64,000 nucleotides of DNA from NCBI GenBank assembly GCA_951406725.2, contig OX597817.1, positions 17,298,001 through 17,362,000 on the forward strand, read 5' to 3'. The translations under genes were made by a program, and so were the position numbers. Positions 1 through 11,952 of the stretch are shown here, piece after piece; the stretch's first letter is position 1, and every line of letters begins with the position of its first letter. The notes beneath the pieces were generated by a model that made no database searches, was not told where the DNA came from, and worked only from the letters and a program-made list of their open reading frames with translations. The stretch is from Octopus vulgaris. Its lineage: Eukaryota.

Positions 1-1900
1 TATAGTGAATTCAAAATAACCCATAATCAGGTTTGCAAGAACAGGGGCTGCTTTTGTTCCCATTGCAACTCTGCATTTTTGACAATAGTATGTGTCATCA
101 AATAGAAAATAATTGTTCTGAAGTATAAATTTTAAAGATTCAATAATAAAGATCTGATTTATGCATTCAAGGAGTACTTCGGGGTACTTTTCCAATCAGA
201 ATTTGATTGTTTTTATTCCATTGTCATGTGGGATGTTGGTATAAAGATTGATAACATCAAAGGACACCAATAATGCCTATTCATTAATTGTTTTTGGTAG
301 GTGCTCTAGCATGTCTAAATCATCTCTAATGAAACTTTTGATGCATTTCAGCAAGGATTTCAGTAGGATGTCTAAAGAATTGCATAGGCGGTGGGTTTCA
401 CAGGCTGGGCCAGCTATAATGTGCCTTAAAGTTAAGTCTTCTGTCGCTTGGATATTTATGTATTTGCCTGATGATTGTTTGCAGGCTTCATTAATTATCT
501 TGCCCTTGTGTATTTTAGGTAGGCCATAAAAAAGACTGGGTTTACATTTGAAGTTCGTGATGTAGTCTGTTTCTTTTTCTGTCAGGCCTTTTCCATGTTG
601 AAGAATTAAAGATGCAAGATTTTTCATTGTTTTTTGTTGTTTATAGTTTACAACATTTTCGTAGAAGGCATCATTTTCTAGTATGGATAACTCTCTCTTT
701 TCTCTCTTTTACTCTCTCTTTTACTTGTTTCAGTCATTTGACTGCGGCCATGCTGGAGCACCACCTTTAGTCGAGCAAATCAACCCCCGGAACTTATTCT
801 TTGGAAGCCCAGTACTTATTCTATCGGTCTCTTTTTTGCCGAACCGCTAAGTGACGGGGACGTAAACACACCAACATCGGTTGTCAAGCAATGCTAGGGG
901 GACAAACACAGACACACACACGCATACATATATATATACACATATATCTGACAGGCTTCTTTCAGTTTTCGTCTACCAAATCCACTCACAAGGCATTGGT
1001 CGGCCCGGGGCTATAGCAGAAGACACTTGCCCAAGATGCCATGCAGTGGGACTGAACTCGGAACCATGTGGTTGGTTAGCAAGCTACTTACCACACAGCC
1101 ACTCCTGCACTAGGTTTTTATAGTATTCTGTGTCCATCAGGACTACAGCACTTCCTTTGTCTGCTTCTTTAATTGTCAGGTCTTTGTTGTTTTGTAGTTC
1201 AATAAGATTTTTCCATTCTAGATTGTTGAGGTTCAAATTAATTTTTCGTTTATGGAAAGTATATGGGAAATTTTGGATTTGGTCACAGAAGTCATATTGT
1301 GTTTTATTCCAACCTTTTTGTGGAAGGCAATTACCTCTGTCTTGGTAAATAGGCTGAGTTTCTTTGTTAAGGGGTTAAGGGAGTCTATTGGACGTTTCTA
1401 GTTGCTGGAGAGAAAAAAATTACTCCTAACCCTAGGTTGGTTTCTTCTAGTATTTCTCATTAGTGAGTTGTCCCTATTACTAGATTGAGAATGGTTTACT
1501 TCCAGGTGAGAAGTCAGTTTTGTGTGTTTGTGTTCTTTGGATGTTTATAGTTTGATCTAGGTGGATGTGTATTTATTTCTATAGATGTATTTGTTCTGTA
1601 TATTTTTTTCAGGAAGGGACTATCTGAAGTGTAGTCTCTTTTAAACTGAGCTTCATAACTAAAGACGAAGTTAACACTGTTTTCCCATTGTTGCAGGGAA
1701 TTTATTTCTTCTGATTTACAGCTGCCTTTCCATAGTTTTATAATGCTTTCTAAAGGTTATTCATAGCATATTTCATGAGTTTGGTGTGCATTTCTTCATT
1801 AATCATTTTATATTTTTGTTCATTATCCAATGCTCTGAGTTTGAGTAACTCAAACTCTATTTACATTTTTTCTAGTCCTAATTTCTCCCTACGATTCCTT
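1..1900 (-). mobile_element. Degenerate Penelope-like element (PLE), reverse-transcriptase region, interrupted by a SINE
   Basis: Minus-strand translation gives PLE RT motifs KEADKGSAVVLMD (~1130-1170), KPSLFYGLPKIHK...LRHIIAG (ORF 277-627) and FILQNNYFLFDD...AMGTKAAPVLANL (1-135). Frameshifts are present. Confidence 0.8.
691..1108 (-). mobile_element. tRNA-derived SINE family A copy
   Basis: Head (GGC)GCAGGAGTGGCTGTGTGG with pol III A/B boxes, internal (TG/TA)n tract and (AAGAGTA)n-like tail; near-identical to about 10 other copies in the window. Confidence 0.9.
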
Positions 1901-1945
1901 TGCTGCACATAAAGAGCACCCATATACCTATACATAAATATACAG

Positions 1946-2000
<55 letters not shown>

Positions 2001-2060
2001 CATATACACACATATACATACATACATACACATACATACATACACATATATATACATACA

Positions 2061-2654
2061 TAAAAAGCACCCACTACACTCGCAGAGTGGTTGGCGTTAG
2101 GAAGGTCATCCACCTGTAGAAACACTGCCAGATCAGACTGGAGCCTGGTGCAGCCTCCTGGCTTCCCAGACCCCAGTCGAACCGTCCAACCCGTGCTAGC
2201 GCGGAAAACGGACGTTAAACGATGATGATGATGATGATATATATATACATACAGCGTCGCACTACTGGCACTCAAGCCCCGTGCTAGTAGGCTATTAAGA
2301 GTACCATCCGAGCGTGATCGTTGCCAGAGCAGCTATCTGGCCTCTGTGCCGGTGGCCCGTAAAAAACACCATTCGAACGGGATCGTTACCAGCATCGCCT
2401 TACTGGCACACACGCCGGTGGCATGTGTAAAAGATTCGAGCGAGGTCGTTGCCAGCGCCACCTGACTGGCCCCGTGCTGGTGGCACATAAAAGCACCCAC
2501 TACACTCTCGGAGTGGTTGGCGTTAGGAAGGGCATCCAGCTGTAGAAACTCTGCCAGATCAAGATTGAAGTCTGGTGCAGCCTTCTGATTCGCCAGCCCT
2601 CAGTCATACGTCCAACCCATGCTAGCATGGAAAGCGGACGTTAAACGATGATGA
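2061..2654 (+). mobile_element. Two 5'-truncated RTE-LINE 3' ends (2061-2237, 2252-2654)
   Basis: GGCGTTAGGAAGGGCATCCAGCTGTAGAAAC-type core and (GAT)n tail; the same sequence is contiguous with an RTE ORF at 3204-4210. Confidence 0.85.
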
Positions 2655-2755
2655 TATATACATATATATATATACATATATATACATAAATATAAATATA
2701 CATATACATAAATATACATACATATACATAAATATACCTATACATAAATATACAG

Positions 2756-2788
<33 letters not shown>

Positions 2789-3149
2789 CACATACATATA
2801 CACACATATACATACATACATACACATATATATATACACATACATATACACACATATACATACATACATACATACACATACATACATACACATATATATA
2901 CATACATATATACATACATACATATACATACATACATATATATATATATACATACATATATATACATATATATATATACATATATACATATATATATATA
3001 CATACATATACATACATATATATACATACATATACATACATATACATATATATGCATACATATATACATATATACATATATATACATACGTATACATACA
3101 TATACATACATATACATATATATACATACATATACATATATATGCATAC

Positions 3150-3190
<41 letters not shown>

Positions 3191-3203
3191 TATATATATA
3201 TAC
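2655..3203. repeat. Compound (TA)/(TACA) microsatellite
   Basis: Direct inspection. Confidence 0.95.
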
Positions 3204-4210
3204 ATCATCATCGTTGAACATCCGTTTTCCATGCTAGCATGGGTTGGATGGTTCGATTGGGGTCTGGAAAGGCAGGAGGCTGCACCAGGCTCCAGTCTGA
3301 TCTGGCAGTGTTACTACAGCTGGATGCCGTTCCAAATGCCAACACTCTGTGAGTGTAGTGGCCGCTTTTTACGTGCCACCAGCACAGACGCCGGTAAAGG
3401 CGGCACCGGCATTGGCTATGTTTGGATGGTGCTTTTTACATGCCACTGGCAAGGGTATCACAACTACAACTTCCATTTGATTTTTATTTTGATGTACTTG
3501 ACTCAATAGGTCTCCTCAAGCACAGCAGGTCGCCCTGCAATCCAAGGTAAGCACAGCAGGTCATACTGTGAGCCATGAACTCACTTCATTTGTCGGGTCT
3601 TAGCACTCACAGCATATCTCCAGAGGTCTTGGTCTTTCGTCATCATGTTTCACTGCCGTAAAGCATGGCGGTTCGCACACGTGCATCGTACAATCTACCT
3701 TTCACTCTGAACGAGAGACCCTTTGTCACCAGTAGGGGTAGAAGCTTCCTAAACTTTACCCAAGCTATTTTTATTCTAGTGGGAACACTCTCTGAGCATC
3801 CACCCCCCACTACTAACTTGGTCACCTAGGTAGTGGAAGCTATCAACTACTTCTAGTTTCTCCCCTGGAGTGTGATGGAATCTGTTTTTCTGAGTATCTG
3901 TAGTGTCTATTGCCCCTGTGCATCTGCCGCACATTAAAGCTATCTTCTCAGTTAATTTTCTTTTGATGTTGCTGCATCTCTTACGTGTCCATAGCTTACA
4001 CTGGGTACATCTTATGGAGTTTCTGCCTACACCTTTTCTACAGATCGAGCAGGGCCACCTACTTGAGGGTGGGGTGATGAATTCGCCTTCCTACTTACTA
4101 TAACTTTGGTCTTTGCTACATTGACTCTAAGGCTTTTTGATTCTAAACCTAGCTTCTACACCTGATATTTCTTTTTAGTTCCAGTAGTGATTCTGCCTTG
4201 AGGGCCAGGT
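3204..4210 (-). mobile_element. 5'-truncated RTE-clade LINE: RT C-terminus, 3'UTR and (GAT)n tail
   Basis: ORF 3643-3825 GGGCSESVPTRIKIAWVKFRKLLPLL...VKGRLYDARVRTAMLYGSET is typical of the RTE RT C-terminal region and runs into the repeated 3'UTR. Confidence 0.85.
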
Positions 4211-4212
4211 AC

Positions 4213-4243
<31 letters not shown>

Positions 4244-4785
4244 CATACATATACACATATATATATACACATACATATATATACACATACATATATACAC
4301 ATATATATATATACACATACATACATATACACATATATATATATACACATACATATATATACACATATATATATACACATACATATATATACACATATAT
4401 ATATACACATACATATATATACACATACATATATACACATACATATATATACACATACATATATATACACATATATATATACACATACATATATATACAC
4501 ACATATATATACACATACATATATACACATACATATATATATATATATACACACATACATATACATACATATACACATACATACATATACACATACATAT
4601 ATATATACATATATATATACACACATACATATACATACATATATATATACACACACATACATATACATACATATATATATACACACACATACATATACAT
4701 ACATATATATATATATACACATACATATACATACATATATATATATATACACATACATATACATACATATATATATACACACATA
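4210..4785. repeat. Compound (TA)/(TACA) microsatellite
   Basis: Direct inspection. Confidence 0.95.
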
Positions 4786-5748
4786 CACTTGCGTCAGAAA
4801 TTAATTAGCACTTCTCAAATTTCTACATTTTCTTACATTTACGGGCGGCCCTACAGGATTTTAGACCAGCATCCAGTAATCTGGTCTTGACGGTGGTTGT
4901 AGACAACTGCTTCCCTGTCACCTTTTGCATCTCCTCCGCCAGTTGCCGGCTCGTTGCCCTTCGGTTGTTCAGTGACTTTCGGATCAGCATCCGGTCCTCC
5001 CGCTGGGTCGTCAGCCTCTTCCGTCCCCTACCCTTTTGGTCAGCTGCTGATCCGGTTTCCTCGTATTTCTTAAATAAGCACTGAATTGTGCGCCTGGCTA
5101 CACCAAGTTTTCTGGCTATTGCAGTCTCCGACAGCTTCCCACGCCACGAGAGAGCCTCGTACCGTCTCTCCAAGGTCATGCGAGGTCTTGGGCCCATCTA
5201 GGAATGAACGATAAAAACCAGTTATTTTCATTAAAACTATTCATTTGAATAATGTTATGCTATAACAAAACTGCTATGAGTTATTATTCATTAAACAAAA
5301 AAGAAAGAAAGCAGAATTTCTCACCTTATTTGATGTATAACAGAAAGTTTTGTGAACCGGAAGTGACGTCACGAAGCAGAGCGTAGGAGAATTTGTGAGG
5401 AAAAAAATCTTGCAAATACACAAATCAATTAACCTACGAGCTGTTCAAAACGTCTTACGCGATGAGAAAACTTAGTACGGTGTGATTTCGGTCCTTGTGA
5501 GGCTCTACCTATATCTATTAAACAAAGGAAGATTTGTCTGCATCCGCACTCCAAGTTGTTGTTGCACTGCTATGTCAACATCATTAGGCTGTAGACTTTC
5601 AAATCGCTCTGCAAACAAAGTTACGTCATTGTTCTGCGCAACAGTGAACTCGCAACAAAGCAATAGTTCGAGATATGGCCACTAGGTGACAGCACATACC
5701 TTGAGTGAAGAGCAAATCAAGGGTGCTAATTAATTTCTGACGGTAGTG
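4786..5748 (-). mobile_element. Tc1-family DNA transposon, internally deleted (963 bp)
   Basis: 26-bp TIRs CACTTGCGTCAGAAATTAATTAGCAC / GTGCTAATTAATTTCTGACGGTAGTG (24/26 match), TA on both flanks, transposase N-terminus inside. Confidence 0.92.
4823..5197 (-). CDS. Truncated Tc1 transposase (paired-like HTH DNA-binding domain only, 124 aa)
   Basis: HTH ([17 protein letters not shown]), [13 protein letters not shown] linker and second HTH; stops after RAARK, before the DDE domain. Confidence 0.8.
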   Translation of the reverse strand: MGPRPRMTLERRYEALSWRGKLSETAIARKLGVARRTIQCLFKKYEETGSAADQKGRGRKRLTTQREDRMLIRKSLNNRRATSRQLAEEMQKVTGKQLSTTTVKTRLLDAGLKSCRAARKCKKM

Positions 5749-5809
5749 TACATATACATACATATATATATACACACATACATATACATACATATATATA
5801 TACACACAT

Positions 5810-6065
5810 ACGTGCCACCGACACGGGGCCAGACAGAGCTGGCAAACGGCCACGAACGGACGGTGCTTTTACGTGTCACCGGCACGGGGCCAGGCGAGGC
5901 TGGCAATGAACACGAACGGATGGTGCTTTTACGTGCCACCGACACGGGGGCCAGGCAGAGCTGGCAAACAGCCACGAGCAAATGGTGCTTTTACGTATCA
6001 CCGGCACGGGTGCCAGACGAGGCTGACAGCGGACACGAACGGATGGGTCACTTAACCCCTGCTTT
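5810..6065 (-). repeat. ~60-bp VNTR derived from the RTE 3'UTR (about 4 units)
   Basis: Repeating GCTTTTACGTGCCACCGGCACGGG...ACGAACGGATGGT units; also seen at 16197-16390 and 45770-45990. Confidence 0.85.
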
Positions 6066-6096
6066 CTGATATATATACATACATACATATACACAC

Positions 6097-6127
<31 letters not shown>

Positions 6128-6211
6128 TACACTTTTTCGAGATCAGTGACTTTTCGTCACTGGAAAAAGGATATATGTATTTGCATTGGGACCCCTTCAC
6201 ATCGAAGACCG

Positions 6212-6270
6212 GTGATTGTCGTGTGCTGACGACGGGTAAATACCCAGAAACCCGGGTCCGTGCGTATCAC
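6212..6270 (+). ncRNA. Minimal type-I hammerhead ribozyme motif (partly degenerate)
   Basis: CTGACGA (6226-6232), stem II GGGT-AAAT-ACCC, GAAA (6247-6250), C-CCGG-G stem III, GTC site (6256-6258); stem I pairs with several G-U wobbles. Confidence 0.65.
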
Positions 6271-6389
6271 GTCATGTCGACGATGGGAAGGATGGCTTCC
6301 CTTTGCAAATATTGATAGGGCACAGAAAGTGTGTCAATAGCCAGCTGGAGAATGTGGTTAGCTACATTTAAGTGGCAAATATACTTCAC

Positions 6390-6422
<33 letters not shown>

Positions 6423-7458
6423 TCATTAACTTTTCTAGGAAAAATATGGACAGTGACGTCAAGGTTTCAGTTCTCTATGCAGGTATTGATTGGATTAATC
6501 TACACCAGCAGAATGCCTCGACACTAGTCTCTGTGTTACATCATCTGATATACAGCACATGAAAAATCACTAAAAACTGTTCTAAGTTGTATTAAACAGA
6601 AAGTTAATTACTAGTTTAATCGGTTCCTGTTAAATCTAATGTTTTAAGTACAAAATAAGCTATACTAAGAGACTCAAATTTCTAAATAATGAAAATTTAG
6701 GTAACTAATAGAAAGTAGGCTATTTGGACAATTACAAAACAAGTGTCTGTCTGACCCAGTATAGGTGCGTGTATGGTAGAATTAGTTACAACAAGAAAAT
6801 TATTGTGTCACAAAGTAAAAAAGTACTATCAGGTTATGGTGGATAGGTTTGTATAATGTTATACACTAAATTATATGACTTTAATAGTTAAAATGAACAA
6901 AGCAATTACTGTACAAGAAAAAAATAGGATAGGTGTGCAAACATGAAATAGAATAGCATGTATGTGAGGGAGGTTGATACCAGGGTAAAGGAAGGAAAAC
7001 AAGATAAGAAGAGGACAATAAATATCAGAGCAAGACAAACAAGATGAAATCGTATAGACAATAGAAGAAAAATCAATGAATGAAGAGTGAATGAATAGGA
7101 AGGATCTGGGCGAACAAAAGTTGGTGGCAAATGAATGGAAAGCACTGTTCTAAAAATTGAAGCAAACTGAAAGCAAAGCTTAGTAGCAGAACTGAAATGG
7201 AGGATGGAAAGGGGGTGGAAATGAAGAAACAGATTTTTACAATGAATTTAGTAGACAAAAAAGTATTTAGCCTCGTTGTAAAGAATAAATTTCTAGCTGT
7301 ATGGAAGGATATATGACCTTGGTTTCATCAAGGGTGATGAAAATGAAGACAAAAGATTTGAAAATGTGATTTTCAGGTTGACAAGCATTATCTCTCACCT
7401 GTCCTCCTTCCACCTTCTCTCTCCTGTCTCACAGTGGAGGAGTTGAATCCAGGTATAT

Positions 7459-7854
7459 TTAACCCTTTCGTTAACATATTTCTGTTGAGATGCTCTGTGT
7501 TTTTTTTCTTTTTCAATTAATTTTAAATATAACAAACAATTCAGTAAATAACTTGGTTATCAATAAGCTAGGGTTAGGAGCATAATCTGGGACTAAGGTT
7601 TGGTGGAGTTGAATCCAGGTATATTTAACCCTTTTGTTAACATATTTCTGTTGAGATGCTCTGTGTTTTTGTTTTTTTTTTCAATTAATTTTAAATATAA
7701 CAAACAATTTAGTAAATAACTTAGTTATCAATAAGCTAGGGTTAGGAACATAATCTGGGACTAAGGTTTGGTGGAAGATTTTAATTCAGCACTTCTGACA
7801 TTTGTACTACAGAGCCAGAAGTGGTTTCGGGTGGATTGGTATCAAAATGGTTAA
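7459..7854. mobile_element. piggyBac-type MITE with a local ~167-bp tandem duplication
   Basis: Ends TTAA-CCCTTTCGTTA...GGTATCAAAATGG-TTAA; same family as 39193-39421 and 40723-40952. Confidence 0.8.
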
Positions 7855-8484
7855 TAGCAAGGCTTTAACATAAAAATTTTACCAAGTTTGGTTGTTAAAG
7901 GATTATGTTGAAGAAAATATAAAAATTGAAAAAACTCTCACATCCAATGTAAACTGCTTTTAAACATATCTTACATGCACACATATATGTGCATGTATGT
8001 AGGAGTCTTGTTTGTCTCTATGCAGTCCCCTTAAATGATGCCAAGTATTGAAGTGATGGTCAGGTTAGAAGACAGGGGCTGACCATGATAACTGTAGTTT
8101 GGCATGGAAATTTAGGGTATGCTATTATGAGCATGGCCCTTTGCCAAAATTCTTATAACCACACCAAATGAATGAGATACTACTGACAATGGTTGAGAGA
8201 AAAGTCTGTCAGACAATTCCAAAGAAATTGGCTTGGTCTCTTGCCATGTTTCACATATAGTGTTACTGCAAAGTTTCAGTGGCAGAATTAATTTCAAATA
8301 GTAAAAGTCCACCATTAAAGAATGTTGCAAGATCCTGTAGACCCCCACTGTTGGATAACCCAGACTAACATGCTAAAAGGAAGGAAACTGAGGGAAGGGA
8401 AAACAATTAAGGTAGAAGAGCTCAAAATGAAAATAGTGACTAGAACTGCGAAAAACACAAGCTAGACTTGGATTGGAAATCTCA

Positions 8485-8800
8485 CTAGTTAGTTAGTTAG
8501 TTAATTTTTTGGCTCAAAAAGCAAAAAGCAAGGCCATGTAGGGGGACATGGAGTTATGTACAGGGCAGTATTCATGTAAAGAGTTCAGGCCACTTGTGGT
8601 CAAGGGAGACTTTGAACCGAGCGGTCGTCAGCATCTTCACTATCTCGTCCGGCAGCTTATTCCACGGATCCGCAACCCGGACAGAGAAAGCCCCTCTCCT
8701 TCGATTGAGATGGAATCGTTGCAGATAGAGCTTTTTGGAGTGACCCCACAGCCGAATAACAGGGTAAGAGATCATGACCACAGAAATTCATCAGATTGAA
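8485..8800 (-). mobile_element. CR1-group LINE 3' end
   Basis: GHSKKLYLQRFHLNRRRGAFSVRVADPWNKLP motif and (CTAA)n tail. Confidence 0.8.
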
Positions 8801-10504
8801 GATGAAGAATAAAAGTAAGAAAACAGTAGGATTAGGAAACAAATAAACATAGTCCAAATGAAAAACAACAAAAAAAGTTATCGGAGTATGTTGTGGAGAA
8901 TGAAACCAGTCGAGTTATACTTCCTCTTAAGTACAGTGTACAAAGGTGACTCCATTCCGAGCAATGCAGCAGCATTAATGCAATGAGAATCAAAACCAAA
9001 CTGCATAAAGCCGTTTCCACAGGGAAAGTGAGAACAAGCAATATGTGAGTATAGGCAAGAGTAAACCCAAACCCAGACTTCTAAATAGCACTAATGACTG
9101 GAAGATGCAGATGATCTGAAGGAAGCACCTATATTCCAAAGCAAAACTACAATAATAAAGAAACAGCCCAACCTTATTGAATGCATAACAAAAATTCCTA
9201 ATTCTCATAAATGTTCAACACTGCCAAAGGCCATATTACTAAGACTGGCTTTCTTTTTAGCTTCCAACCTTATACAAAGCTGGAATGAGATCCACAGCAA
9301 AATACTACTCCCATATTTAAGACAATACTACAACTACATATATAGACATCTTTGATCACAGGCAAAAAGACCACCCAATTGAGTAGCACAAAGTCAAATT
9401 CTCTAACTTCAAGCCGACAAATGAGGTGTTTAGTAACAGAGTGTCGTAAGCACCACCCTGGCCATTTTCGAGGTTAGTATATCATTTTCTTTGTCTCAAT
9501 GTCAAGAATCAAAAAAAGTTGGGAGGAAGAACTGGTGAGGCTTGCAATAAGGTCAAAAATTTGTACCTCGATACTACTGACACGATGCTCACTCACCCAA
9601 ACTCAGACCAGAGAGTTTAGTAACATACCATCATAAGCACACATGCTCGATAACTTTGATGTGGTCCCTGTATCATTTTTCAAGACGTTATGGCTCATTT
9701 TCTAATACTCCATGTTACCATTGTAATAGTAATGGGCTATTAACTTACTATCTTGTCTTACTGACCTCTTAGAGATACTTACCTTGGTATATTAAAACAC
9801 AAACTATACCTTTGTGGGGTCTCTGTATGTTTTTTCTAGGTATTATGGTAAAAATATGCAATGCAATACGCCATTTCATTGTACTGGTATATTCTACAAA
9901 ATGAGAAAGATGCAGTCATTGTTTCATCTTTCAAATGCATACATAAATAATTTTACATAGGTAGAATGATTAGAGGGGGTCTTCATGGTCATTTTAAGAC
10001 CAAAACCAGCTTCCTAACTTCATTCTTTGCCAAGATATTGCATTCTGAAAGTCGCGAGACTTTGACTGCATTTTTCTCAGTTTTTAAGTAGTGGCACTTA
10101 CGGCGGTCTATTACTAAATGCCTCAAATGTGCTGTATCCCCATTTTGCCTCTTCTAAAGCTACTACAACAGCCTTTGCTATTTGGAACTGGCTGGTCTCA
10201 TTCCACCTTCACCTAGATTGACCCAGCTCATTCGTTTTTCCTCTTCTCAAGCTGCATATTATGTATATCCCTCAGACCCTTCACTAACCACTTAGTCAAG
10301 TCCTTCTTTCTCAGAAATATAAACCATTGGAATTCTCTCCCAGCTGACATTTTGTCAGCACTCACACTAATCTAACCAGTTTCAAAAAGCCTGTTGAGGC
10401 CATAAACACAACACTTTCCTGCAGATCAAACCCATAAAAAGTGACTGAGAAATAAGATGAGATGATGTTCATGTCTTTTCAAAAATTACTAGGAATATAG
10501 AGAG

Positions 10505-10860
10505 AATACCAAACGAGTTCCCTATGGATACCGTATTACAAGCCGCGAGTTGTAATAAATACGGTATCCATAGGAAATGAGTTTGGTATTTTATTTATTA
10601 CACACGAATAAACGACCATATTTCATTAACCCAATAACTAAATTCTTCACGTTTAGTTGTAACTTATGAATGACAAAAGTAGTGCTGTCACCGTGACCTC
10701 GGGTCATCACCATGTATTGACCAATCAGAAGCAGCGCTGTCACCGTGACCTCGGGTCATCACCATGGATTGACCAATCAGAAGCAGCGCTCGCAGTATCT
10801 GACATATGTTAGATACCAAAAATATCTCAAAGTGTTCTCACTCACATGTGTGTAATAAAT
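10505..10860. mobile_element. Unclassified palindromic non-autonomous element with a 52-bp internal duplication
   Basis: Imperfect palindrome 10505-10590; ATTTATTACACAC / GTGTGTAATAAAT inverted ends; tandem 52-mer at 10682-10788. Confidence 0.55.
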
Positions 10861-11952
10861 AATAATAAACTGCAGTTTTACATGGTATTTATTCACAGTG
10901 TACTAGTGACATATACAAACTGTCAATCTTTTGACTAACAGTTTTTTATTCAAATGTGACTTCTGTTGCTTCCTCTAGGTCACAAAGGGAAGATTTAAGA
11001 CCAAAAGAGCAAACCAACAAAACATTCTTCAGGCAGTAATGAACAGTAAAATGCTTGCCCCAGTAACTAATAGATGTAAAAAAAAAATCTATAAATGCTT
11101 AAAACAAAATACATTGACCCAACATCTACCTGAAGCATTTGGACAAAACCATATATCTCACACAGGACATATTTCTTGAGAAATTACTTCCTGCTCAAGT
11201 TAAATTATTAGTTACTGTCAATCAGCCAATACATTTAATATTATAATTAAGGATAATTTAGACAACTGAGATAGCAGAGCATCAAACTAAATGATTTAAA
11301 AGCCTACCAGACCTGACCTTAACTATCATTACTTTGATGTTATTATAATTAATATTACTAAAATACTGAGATTGATGTAATTAACTTTGATCTCCTCCTC
11401 CTTGTGCCTAAGTAAGAAATAAATTTTAGACAGTTTTTGTTTTTCCTACTAGTAGAAAAAAACAAAAACAAATGAAAACCTAACACACAAAAAGAACAAT
11501 GTTTCTTGGTCAAAAGAACATCAGGTTAATTTTCTTTATTTAAAGTCAATTAATATTTGTTGCCTATGTCATAATTGTTATTGTCATCAATACAAGCATG
11601 TTGGCCACTGTTATTGCTGCTATTGTAATTAGAAAGGGGAACATAAAAACAACGTAAGCAACAAATGAAGAACTCTCCAAAAGCTACATTTAATGAAGAA
11701 TTTCCTTTAAATTTCGAATGTATCGTTTGGGAAATGTGTTACCACTATTTAACTATAGATAGTTCACATTTAAACTTTGCTAGTTGTATTAATTTTGATT
11801 TAATTAACTTTTTGTTGCTAATCCTCTATTATTGACATGGAAGCTTCTTTTATAAATGTATCAGAAGCTTGTATGTGTTTGTTTAATTATGTACAGGTGA
11901 TTGTGGAAAAGTTTGCACATATATATATATATATATAACTATATATATATAT

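Noticed and set aside
881-1123. Recurrent ORF MSSNARGTNT...AEDTCPRCHAVGLNPEPCGW
   Set aside because: Antisense translation of SINE family A; recurrence reflects copy number.
2622-4890. Long YIYI/VCVC-type ORFs, also at 35065-35724 and 56359-56802
   Set aside because: Translations of microsatellites with no coding signal.
10020-10057. Candidate amphiphysin exon 2 (ctttcag|...QYLGKE)
   Set aside because: Wrong phase, immediate stop codon, and located in a probable LINE fossil.
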